This document shows positions 1 to 10,600 of a stretch of DNA of 64,000 nt, piece after piece. The notes under the pieces are model-generated. The model saw nothing but the letters and a program-made list of their open reading frames with translations. It did not search any database and was not told the origin of the DNA. A program made the translations under genes and the position numbers. Numbering within the stretch: the stretch's first letter is position 1; each line of letters begins with the position of its first letter. This stretch comes from Nemertoderma westbladi (taxonomy: Eukaryota; Animalia; Xenacoelomorpha), in assembly GCA_032718475.1 (NCBI GenBank), contig JAUCBJ010001973.1, positions 1 to 64,000 of the forward strand. The letters are read 5' to 3'.

Positions 1-99
1 ATTGGTCTGTTCAACAGTTCTGCTGTTAGTATAGAGGTCGCGGTTGTTTATCAAAGAACTATGGCGACGAGGTGGAACGCGTCAGTAAACAACAGCATC

Positions 100-1352
100 T
101 CTGACGGGACAGTGAGCTGATTGCGCTGTCACCACAACTCAATGATGACGGGATGTTAGTAATGAACTCTAGGGTGTGTCATCCCACCAAAGCCCATCAT
201 CATCCCCAATGGATCGCCGATAGTCCACCAGATTATATGGGACTCCCACAAGTCGATATTGCACGGGGGCACCAACTGGACCCTCACGGAGATACGGAGG
301 ACCTTTTGGGTCAAACAGTTGAGGAAGAAGGTAAAGGCGGTAGTGGGGCAGTGCCAGACCTGCCGACGAACGAAGAAGGAGCGAGCTATACAGGAGATGG
401 CACCACTGCCGGCCAGTAGGGTGAGACAACATGACCCGCCATTTACGCATTGCGGTGTGGATATGTTTGGGCCAATAAAGATTAAGGTGATGCGACACAC
501 GGAGAAACGCTACGGTATTATCTTCGTGTGTAACAACACGCGGGCAGTAGGGATAGAACTCGCCCAAGATGCAACCGCATCAGCATTCATTAATGCTCTA
601 GAAAGGTTCAGAGACCGCAAAGGTGGGATGATCGCAGTAATATATCCTGACAACGGGACCAACTTTGTGGGGGCGGAGAAGAGATGGCAGAGGCATTGGA
701 TATCCTGGAAGGGGATGAAGTCAGGGCAGCCATGAGAAGGCGACAGGTAAAGTGGGAGAGGAGGACGCCATATGCTCCGCATACTCTAGGATGCGTCAAG
801 AGACTCGTGGGTAGTTCCAAGTGTCTGATGACGAAGTTGATGAACACCCATATGGTAACAGAGGACGTACTAAGGACGGTACTAGCTAAGTGTGAGGGTA
901 TCATTGATAGCAGACCGCTATATCCAGAAAATGATGACCCTGAGTCGTTAGATGTGCTGACGCCCAGTCACTTTCTAATGGAAAGGCCAGCGACCATCAA
1001 CATGCGGGGTGTAGACCCAGACAATATACACTCCGCCAGAGTTGGAAAGCTAAGGTGATAAGCGCGGAGTACCGGAGGAGGTGGGTCGAGGAAATATCTA
1101 CCCATGCTTCATAGGAGAAGCAAGTGGAGAAATACAAACAGGGAGTTAAAGGAGGGTGATCTGGTGATCGTCACGGACGATACCATCATCAACAACCAGT
1201 GGCGGTTGGCGAGAGTTATGGGCACTTACTCCGATGAGGACGGAAGAGTCCGATCGGTAGAAGTGCGGATAGGTGGCAAGATAGGGGCGAAAGATAGGAA
1301 GACCTACAGGAGGGCTATAGGGAAGTGCTGCCTGTTAGAGGGAGCACCTTAG
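100..1352 (+). pseudogene. BEL/Pao integrase (HHCC zinc finger, rve core, C-terminal DUF5641-type region), frameshifted
   Basis: HGGTNWTL...CQTC; PPFTHCGVDMFGP; DNGTNFVG; SRPLYP...LTPSHFL; RSKW...LKEGDLV...WRLARV...DGRVRSVEVR split over ORFs 259-735, 684-1058, 1104-1352. Confidence 0.93.
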
Positions 1353-1484
1353 TCGGGTAGAGTTTAGTCGTCCAAGTTTTGGACTGAGGGGGGTGGGATT
1401 GAGGGCGAGACACCCTTCCCACACATAAAAATAAAAATAAAAAAAATAATAGTACATAATAGGTACGCAGTAAAGTAGGCAGAT

Positions 1485-1992
1485 AGAAGTTAGTTAGTTA
1501 AGTTGTAAGAGGGTACGTAGTACTGTTAGTTAGTTAAGTTAGAAGTTAGTAAGAGGGTACATAGTACCGTTAGTTGGGAGAGTTAGAAGTTAGTTAGTTA
1601 AGTAGTAAGAGGGTACGTAGTACCGTTAGTTGGGAGAGTTAGAAGTTAGTAAGAGGGTACGTAGTACCGTCAGTTGGGAGAGTTAGAAGTTAGTAAGAGG
1701 GTACGTAGTACCGTTAGTAGGGAGAGTTAGAAGTTAGTAAGAGGGTACGTAGTTCCGGTTAGTAGGAGTTAGTGGGAGTTAGAGGTTAGTAATAGGGTAC
1801 GTAGTACCGGTTAGTAGGAGTTAGTGGGAGTTAGAGGTTAGTAAGAGGGTACGTAGTACCGGTTAGTAGGAGTTAGTGGGAGTTAGAGGTTAGTAAGAGG
1901 GTACGTAGTACCGATTAGTAAGAGTTAGTTAGAAGTTAGTGAAAGGGTATGTAGTACTGGTTAGTAAGAGTTAGTGGTAGAAGGGTATGTAT
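1485..1992 (+). repeat. Tandem array of ~10-11 units (44-56 bp), each with the hairpin GGTAC-GTA-GTACC in an AGTT/TTAG-rich spacer
   Basis: Unit such as agaagttagtaagagggtacgtagtaccgttagttgggagagtt is repeated head to tail. Confidence 0.95.
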
Positions 1993-2443
1993 AATATAAA
2001 TATTAGTTAGTAGTGAGTAGCGAGAGGGGGGCACGTGAGTACAGCTGGATAAATCGTGTAGGCCACGCGACGCATACTGTTGTACTGCACAAACCCACAG
2101 AGTAGGCCAGAATGTGGATTATAAGGTAGAATAATCCATTGGCAGAAGTAGTAGCACAGTAGTAGGATTAAATTAAAAATAAAATAGGGTTAGAAAATTA
2201 GACAAATGATGGCAACAGTAGGAAAATAATTCTGGAACATAATTAAAGTAACAGACAAAATTACAATTTAGGGTACAATTTGACAGTTTTAGGAATTAGG
2301 TAGCAAAATTAGGTAATAACTCAGAAATTCTGCGAGAGATAGGCCATTTTCGAACTGAATAAACCATCTTAACTTTATCACTCATCCATACCGCGCCTTG
2401 GCAAGGCACCACCTAACGGGTGAGCGATTGTGGAGAGTTCGAA

Positions 2444-5400
2444 ATGGCAGAGAAACTTGTCCGAAAGAGAAAGGCGGAGTTAGGAGGAAAGGAGATACTG
2501 GTGGATTTCACCGAGAGGCATCCGGAAGAGAAGACGAGGGGATACTACCCAGTGAAAGTGCGCAAGCGTATCGCAAGCATGCAACGCAGGCGTATCTTAT
2601 GTGATTCCCAAGAGTTATGGCCCGACCTTTACGCAAGCGACCTACTTGCGTTAAGTCGCATAGATATCGCAACAACTTGCGTTCAGTCGCATAAAACTCA
2701 CATGCGATTCACTTGCGACTTTCAAGCGTCATGGCGCATAAATATCGCAAAAATCTACTGGTTGTGAGTTTTGTGTAATATATTGAGAACTTTGTGACAG
2801 AAAATATGATACAGTAGTTGATTATTCCACTACTGTTTGATACTATGGGCTTCCGTATCATCTGCCTACTGTACTTACCTTACATTACATTACATTCTCT
2901 AGACTTAGAACATTAGACATGCTGTATGAATCAATACTAGAAATGGTTGGTTATATAGAGGGTAATACAAATAGATTAGAATAACCATGATACAATTTTA
3001 ACTATTCCCTATAATTTTCAATTCTATAAAATATATTAATATAATCTCTAAATTCGACAGCCATATTAGATAATTCGATTCATCAATTTTATATTTTAAA
3101 ACTATTTATTTCTTGATAGGCAACGTTATTTTAATTAATAATCTTTAGTGTAATTAAAAACATGCAATTCACATGGGAATTAACGCATGAGATTCTCATG
3201 GTGTAAAACATGTGTAAAATAAGCGTTAAATGAGGTGTGATTCCCATGCGATTTTAATGCACCGAATCACATGCGTAAAATTAAGTTGTGAATCGCATGC
3301 GTGGAATCGCTTCCCTATTTTACATGTGATTCACATGCAAATCACAAGAGTTTTATCGCTATTTATTGAGCTGCAATAAAAACGCATGATGCTTTAAAAT
3401 CACTTGCGATACGCATGTGCATTTTTCACTGGGTACGAGCAGTTGGAGAGGGGTCACAAAGCGCGAGCGCTGCAGGACCATTTCAGGGAGATGCACGAAC
3501 AGCGACTGGTCGGGACCTAAGGGACACCGTCGCAAGACAACGCAATCTTCGAGCATTTCCACTATGTGGTGAAAGGAGACGAGGCGAAGTTTGGGATTCC
3601 GAAGTACGCGAGAGAGCCACCGAGGAAAGATTGGAAGAGGTTCGTAGAGTCCGTCAGCAGAGGAGGATACATGATCCTAGACGATGAGGGGACCGTGGAA
3701 GACGAGGAAGGTTTGAGGAGAGGATCGGCGGGGTCGGCCAGAACCATACTCCTACATTTGGCCAAATGGGGATATTTTCCTATTCGACCTAGGGACGTAT
3801 GGGAGCAAGAACAGGTCGAAGTTGAACCGGTTGCCGAAGGCGGTGCAAACCCTAGTGAGAGAGAAGTCGACGACGAAAGTGGGATTGGCGATTCGCGACG
3901 ATGCGGAGAGAATCATCGGTCCGGACACCCCCAACCTTCTGGACATGCAGACAGTCTACATGGCTATGACAGCACCAGATGGGTTGGGACTAGTGGAGAA
4001 CGCAGACCATTGTGGAGCGGTGGTGATGGGCCAGCTATTGGGGCTCGTGTGTCACAAACCAATGGACTGGGGTAAGTTCAGAGAAGAGTACAGAGCGGAG
4101 TTAGCGAACTCGCTGAAGTGGGGAGCGAGGCCAGGGAAACAAGAGGTGTATCAATTCCGGAGTGGAGCGATAAAGGTATATCAGAAGCGATATGATATAT
4201 CCTGCAGGAGGACTGGATAATGATAGGTTTGCTAAACCTATTCATGACCGTCGTCATTGGGAAAGAACCAACAGCATTCCTGCTATCGGGATCACCCCTG
4301 AACTACAGAAGCGCCTTCAAGACGGCTTTCGAGGGTCTGGTAGACCACCCGGGGCTGAAGGGTGAGTCGGTGTACTATAACTACCGACATCTAGTAGATG
4401 GGGACGTAGATACACTGTATCAGAGATGGGAGCAGTTAGAGGCGGATAGACGAGAAGCGAAGCGATTGGAAGAAATCACTAGACAGGAGAGGAGAGAGGC
4501 AGAAGAAAGGGAGGAGGAAGCCAGGGCGCAGAGCTACGGCTTCGAGGAACAAGCGGCCTTAGACGAACTTCGTTGGACCTCGTCAGGGAGTTTGGGGGAG
4601 TCTCTAGGGCGAGAATTAGGGTGGACGGTGGGATCACCGAAACAGTCGACATCGGGATCGCAGGCGACGCCCATACCAGCGGGCGCCGAGGGCGATCACC
4701 CACTAAGGAGGCTAGGAGAGCTAGAAGGATGGAGAGCCACGGGCGAGAGCCAAGGTGGGAAGGGACACAGTGGATCCACCAGGATACCGGGGTTGGAGCC
4801 ACTCCCAGAGGAGGACGATGATGACGACGAGTTCGGAGAGATGCCGCCCATCGGGAGGATCGGCCACTCGGACATAGACTGGGTTGGCTGGAGGGTGGTG
4901 ACGGCCAGTGGGGCGAGAGCCTTCTGGGATAGACCCGGCAAGCGGGCTTGGGTGCATGAGGAGCCGGCAATGGATTTCGTGGGGAGTACCATCAGGTTGG
5001 GTGAGCAACCAGGGACGGCACCACGGGTAGTATTCGGGGAGACGATGCCTGGGAGGGGTGAGGAAATAGACGTGGACAGGGATGCTAACGTCCAAAAGTT
5101 CGCTTACCAGCGACTCCACAGACCGCGGAGATCGCTTGGGACGAAAGGCGACGTGGGGTGGGAGGCATTGGTGCTTGGCTGTGATTACTGCGGGAGGCAA
5201 ACTCACCAGGAAAGGAGCTGTTTGTACCAATTCCAGAAAGGGACTAGTTGTCTCTACTGCCGCGAGTCGAGCCACAGGATGGGGGCGTGTCCACGGTTGC
5301 ACAACCGATGTTTGAAGTGCAACTTTCGGGGGCACTATGGATGCCAGTGCGACTGGATGGACGACGAAGAGGAGTTTAGAATCTTCGAGGAGTGGGCCGA

Positions 5401-5899
5401 CGTCGGCGCCATGACACGGCAACATATGAAGGCCCAGGAGTTCCAGTGGGGTTTCTTCAATATTAACCAGGAGGCCCACCTGGAGATTATCAAACGGAGA
5501 CTTCCATCTACCTACCAGGAGGTAGCAACGGCGGTGTCGTGTGCCGGGGTGATAAATACGCAAAGGTATTTGGACAGGTGGACGCCACAGAACCGAGGGG
5601 AGTTCAGAGATTTCTTGGCGGAGCATGTGCCGCGGCCGATGAAAGTGATCTTATGGGACGCCACTAGGGGGAGACAACAGGGCCACTCGGAGGGGCCACC
5701 CACGAAGCGATACCGGGAGCTGATAACACCAGCGCCCAAGGAGTCGATGACCGGGATTAGTAGAGAGGTGACGGCAAGGGTCAGGTGTCTGAAGGGAGAT
5801 AAACTCAAGGGAGTGGCAGCGGCCAAGAAACGACCAAGGGAGGAGGACGACAGAGGGAAGGAGTTGAGATGGTTGCCAAAGTCAGGTGGAACGAACTAG
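2444..5899 (+). pseudogene. Accessory ORF of BEL/Pao element 1: DEDDy 3'-5' exonuclease + coiled coil + 3 CCHC zinc knuckles (~850 aa reconstructed)
   Basis: Removing 2548-3435 joins ...KTRGYY|EQLERG... in frame. ExoI-like GYMILDDEG (3680-3688); GDIFLFDL...LPKAVQTLVREKSTTKVGLAIRDDAERI (ExoII); LLDMQ; QKRY-ILQED (ExoIII-like after removing a duplicated GATAT). CDYCGRQTHQERSC, CLYCRESSHRMGAC and CLKCNFRGHYGCQC are all Cx2Cx4Hx4C. Confidence 0.75.
2548..3433. mobile_element. Non-autonomous DNA transposon (MITE), 886 bp, CCCAG...CTGGG termini, TA target duplication; animal CMC/EnSpm-like by termini
   Basis: Imperfect TIR cccagtgaaagtgcgcaagcgtatcgcaag / cttgcgatacgcatgtgcatttttcactggg; TA at 2546-2547 and 3434-3435; excision restores the host ORF frame. 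Confidence 0.88.
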
Positions 5900-6588
5900 A
5901 ACTTCGATGTGGCATGCCTGGAAGGCACCACATGAGACGTGCGAACTCCTAAGTACAAATTCAAATAATTTAAATAATTGAAAAGTGCAATTAGTATGTA
6001 CGTACGTAACAATCATTAGCTTAGCAAGTGAATATAAACAAAGTAGGTACTATAGCCATATAACCTTTTCCAATTAGCTACTGGGACTGGGTACCAATTG
6101 ACTATGGTACTAATCACAGACGAGACGTTGGACGACTCCACACTTCTTGAGTTTGACGGCACAGGAGGGGGGTGAGACTCGTCGGGAGTAAGTGAGCTGA
6201 GATGGGGGTTGAGTAATAGTGTGGAGAGAGTGCAGGTGCAATTCAAGTGTGGGGGGGGAGAGGCAGGAGGCAGAGTGAGGGACGAGGAGGTCCGGGAGTA
6301 TGAAGGAGTTAGAGTGAGAGTGGAGGGGATTTAGTGGTGAAGGTGTTGGGGAAACAAAAGTCGTGTGAGAGAGGCGCACGATCGGCCCGACACGGGACGC
6401 CAGGTGTCTTGGTACAAGATAGGTAGAGTTGTACCAAGACGGGGTAGCGATATCATACCCATAGGGAGCTGCCTGGAAAGCCGGCTCTGAGAAAAATAGC
6501 TCCACCCCACACCCGATGGTAGATCGGGATCCCGCGGAATTGTAGCGCACTAAAGGTGGATGTTATCTTCTCACCAGGAAGATAGCAT

Positions 6589-6597
6589 GGGGGGGAG
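6589..6597 (+). promoter_or_regulatory. Polypurine tract of BEL/Pao element 1
   Basis: GGGGGGGAG directly before TGTTAGCG. Confidence 0.8.
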
Positions 6598-7158
6598 TGT
6601 TAGCGAATTCAATTCCGCTAATCACCCCAAAAAGTTAGCTTTAAGCAATATTGGGAACACGAGGTTGATTGCCAATCAACCTCGTATCACCCCAATAAAC
6701 AGGGACGAGAAACCCCAAAGGACACACACACAATGGGGGTCAGGGGTTATACCTCTAAGAGAGAGAATAACAGTAGCGGGGGAGAAAACACTCCCAGAGA
6801 GATGGGAGGCGAGAAGTGAGTTATTAGCCAATGGGGGGCAGGCATCCGCTGAGTAATGTAATACGGCCAACCAGTGCAATATATTACCAGTTGCTGTGTC
6901 ATTTTATTCACTTTAGTTAGTCAGTTAGTTAGGGCAGAACGGGAACTCTTAACACCGTCCTCGACCACTGCCACCATCATCATTCAGTTAGTCACTATCT
7001 TACCGGTACTCATTCAATCTGTGCTTATACTTTATTACCATCATTATACATACCAAGGACAATAAGACTCTCAATCAGAACTTCTTTCACATACACACGG
7101 TGGGGACGCGTAGTCAAGATAACCGGATAAACCGGGATCCTCGGTGGATCCCGTCACA
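6598..7158 (+). repeat. 3' LTR of BEL/Pao element 1 (~561 bp)
   Basis: Starts TGTTAGCG after the PPT and ends CGTCACA; AATAAG polyA-like signal at ~7061. The 3' end is inferred because the partner LTR is not in the window. Confidence 0.7.
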
Positions 7159-7397
7159 CTCGAGATTCAGTGATTTGCCAGATAGTGGCGCACATTAACC
7201 GCAATTGAAAATGGTGATATTCAGCACGGGTCTTGCAGTCTTGTTACTTTAGGGACTGTTCTTTTCAGGGTTTAACTAAATTAATATTGTATAATCAATC
7301 ATGTACCGGTACTGAAATAGTTTACTAACATTGCCAAACTTGTCGGCATACTGTCTGACTGTCAGTTTGTGATTTTACCTGATGGTAAATTCATCCT

Positions 7398-7616
7398 TAA
7401 TTGCCTGGCTGAGTTGTGAATAAAGGAGGAGAGAGCCCTTTTGACGTCAGTTTGTAAGTATTGTGACTACAGCGTGTGACTAGCTTATTCGATTAGCTAG
7501 CGCCCGGTATTGATATTTTGTTAAAATCACCAAAATCTAGTATAACAGCAATACACCAAAATTGTTTTATCGTAACACACACACATACACATGTCTCGAG
7601 ATCTACTGATTTACAG
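7398..7616 (+). repeat. ~218-bp dispersed repeat, copy 1 (copy 2 at 33629-33846)
   Basis: Both copies read taattgc.tggctgagttgtgaa.aaaggaggagagagcccttttgacgtcagtttgtaagtattg ... gagatctactgatttacag. Confidence 0.9.
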
Positions 7617-7699
7617 TTGGGACCGAATTGTCCGGGACCGAATTGTCCAGGACCGAATTGTCCAGATCGAATTGTCCGGGACCGAATTGACCTACATCC
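7617..7699. repeat. 15-bp tandem repeat (ggaccgaattgtcc[g/a]) x5 ending in CATCC; probable subterminal end of a non-autonomous DNA transposon
   Basis: Direct reading; this produces the spurious GPNCP peptide repeat. Confidence 0.75.
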
Positions 7700-10600
7700 A
7701 AAGAGGAAGAAGAACTATACTGCCTGGACGGGAGGTTAGAGGCGCTTACAAATTTTCTCCATAGATGAGGCGTACTGATCGAAGAGCCGGAAGTTGTACC
7801 GAGAGGGACGACGGAAGTTCTAACTATGGAAGGCTCGCAAGCCTACCAAATTCCACAACTGGATAGATCGTTTGTTAGCGTATGGAGCGATGTTGGCGAC
7901 GTTAGTCGGACAGCGTCCCTAATTACTCAACAACAACAGGAGATCGCATGCCAACAACAAGTTGCTGAGGAAGAAGCGCAATGACAGTGTAAGCCGTAGT
8001 TTATTTGAAGAGAGAGACGAACCTGTGTTTCTGACAGTAAAACAGGTAAGTGAACCGGTTCCAGTTAAACCTGTGACGTGCTATGCAAACCCTATTAGTT
8101 ATAGACAAACTCCTCCTAACTCTGATGTATTTATTAGACCACTTACTCAGTGTGTATCAAGACCTACGACTTCGTGGAGGGCTTGTGAGCCTACCGAACA
8201 ACGGAGAATGGTAGACGTGGGTAGTAAGATAACCCACCAAATCGAAACAAGTTTACCGAGACCTACTACTTCGTGGAAGGCTTGCGAGCCTACCGAACAA
8301 CGGAGAGCCGTAGATCCCCGACCACAACGAACTCGGCCAACTATAGTAATACGCCGAATGCGAACCCGCCAACCACCGTATCCCAACGACAGCGATTCAT
8401 CCACCAATACGGAGTTGACGGAACGGGAAATACTCCGTACTGGAGCGGCAGGCGATTACAACCGGGTAGGAAGCGTGACGAACCTGTACATTGACATCCC
8501 TCCATGAGAAACACCCGTGCAGAAACCCATGTCGCAACCAGCAGAGACGATTTGCGCCAAACAACTCACTGAGATAATGCAACCTGTAGCGGACAGGTTG
8601 GCTCAAATCGAAGTGCGGCTCGAAGCGCTGTTGTCAGATCGATTGTGAACCAGCGTGGAGTTAGAACAACCTCAACCACAGAGACCACCCTATCGAGTGC
8701 CAGAAGCTCGGCAGACCCCAAATCCTCGAGGAGAAGATCCCATTAACTTTGTTCCGTATTGACGAACGACACGCGGACAAGAACACCTGAACGCTATTGC
8801 TGGACAAGGACACGGACAGTTTGACCTAGTTAACGAGATCGCTAAATTTGCGGCCAGACAAGGATTACCGGCACAACAACCACCAAAGTTCTCTGGCAAT
8901 GCGAAACACTGGCATACGCTGGTAGACTACGTAGAGTCCCAGATCGCTATGTTTGCCTTCACCTCGACGGAGAAGTTTAACTTCTTGCTTCAAGTGCTAT
9001 CATGTGAGCCGAAAAGATTAGCAGAGACCCTTATTGATGTTCCAGACACTTTCGAACTATAGTATGACCGTCTATTTTCCATATACGGCAGTAACATCAC
9101 CATGGCTAAATCCATTATAGAATACCTCTGTAGAGGCGGACCCATCTCAAAACCCATCGACCTTCTACGATTGGCAGATGAGATCAAAAACGCTATAGGG
9201 ACTTTGTGGTCCATCGGTCAACTCGAGTACGCCAACGCGCCGACAGTTCTAATCCGGATTATCGGCCGACTACATCATCGGTTGCGTCGAGAATGGCGCT
9301 GGATAGAGTACCAGCGCGAAGAGGCTGGCGGACTACTGAAACTAACAGATGTCTAGCAATTGATCTCACAAGAGGCAGTAGTGGAGACACGGTCTAACTA
9401 TACGGACCATCATATTGCGGCAGAAGGGATTACGGTTGCTGCGCCGAACCAGACCAAACAACCTCTGACGAATGCGAAAAGCCGTAACCTATGCTACACC
9501 AACGGATACCTCTAAGGTTCTGACACCTATTTGTACCAAACAGCCATGACAGCAGTTGTCGGCAGACGTTCTGTGAGCGGAACGGTGGACGATACAGTGG
9601 ACACAAGCTACGCAGATGTCGCACCTTTAAGTGGCGGAGAGAAGACTCCAGATCCGTCCATTGGATTCTTGCTAGAGATATACCATGCCTGGGCATGTCT
9701 GGAAGGACACTCCGATGCAACCATGACGTGTTGCTCCACACAAATAGTCATACTCTAACTAAGCAATTTCAACGCGAATATCCCCTTAAAGCGGAGAAAT
9801 GCGACGCGCTTTATAAAGAGTGCGCGCCGCGAGAAGTCCGTACCTTCTACACGGACTACATGGACCAATCAGGATCGTCGGACGAAGACGACTCAGAGGA
9901 CGAAACCTTTTATGTGCATGCGGGTGAGGACGAACAGCCATCTGTAACTCTCCTTACACAGAATCAGCTAAAGGGTTTTAGCGTGATTCCCATCAAGTTC
10001 ACTGGTACCCAAGGGAGCAAGCGCATATACGCTATATTGGACTCTGAGTCTTCGCATAGCTACGTTGACGAACAAGTAGCCGACATAGTCACTGACATGA
10101 GCCAAGGTAAGACTGCTCAGTATACTGTAAGCCGCATGCATGGTACAAGAGCGATACCCGTTATGTGGATCAAACTAACCCTGGATACTCTTCTTTCCAA
10201 AGCGGAGCATAGTAGCGAGGAACGCTCATTTCTTCCGGTGAGAAACCTTACGTTTGCTGCCACTAAGGACTTTAGCAATTTGCTTGGTCCTGTGCCAGAG
10301 CAATCTCCGGAAGACCCTAAGTATTTCCGACATCTTGGAATACCGGAATGTCGAGGTAACTATCGCTCAATCACGATGTTAATTGGGACACACCAGTTCA
10401 ACTTGCATCAAGTATGGGAGAAACGCCCATCTGTGGTAACAGCAGGCAACCCTTACGCTTGTAGAACTCCCATAGGTTTGTATACGAGAGCGCCTGTGCG
10501 TTCACTAGAGGTAAGTGACCAGAAGGACGACGTTCTAAGTACGTGTAATCTATTAACTACTATGTTAGCCAATTCTCCCTCACATTCCTGTGGTCCTACT

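Larger units (their letters stand above)
1..7158 (+). mobile_element. BEL/Pao LTR retrotransposon 1, 3' half (integrase, accessory exonuclease/zinc-knuckle ORF, PPT, 3' LTR); 5' part lies outside the window
   Basis: Pao-type integrase motifs at 150-1352; polypurine tract GGGGGGGAG at 6589-6597 immediately followed by TGT...ACA LTR candidate. Confidence 0.85.

Noticed and set aside
1485-1992. CRISPR-like array (palindromic repeat with spacers)
   Set aside because: Spacers are themselves repetitive variants of one sequence, there are no cas genes and the context is eukaryotic; it is a minisatellite
4479-5826. Long antisense ORFs (4721-5626, 4479-4970 etc.)
   Set aside because: Shadows of a GC/purine-rich sense ORF with no motifs
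4220-5899. CCHC ORF as the gag of a separate nested retroelement
   Set aside because: It is continuous with the upstream exonuclease motifs, has no capsid-like region, no pol follows, and knuckle spacing differs from BEL gag; treated as an accessory ORF
7518-7739. ORF with GPNCP repeats
   Set aside because: Translation of a 15-bp DNA tandem repeat
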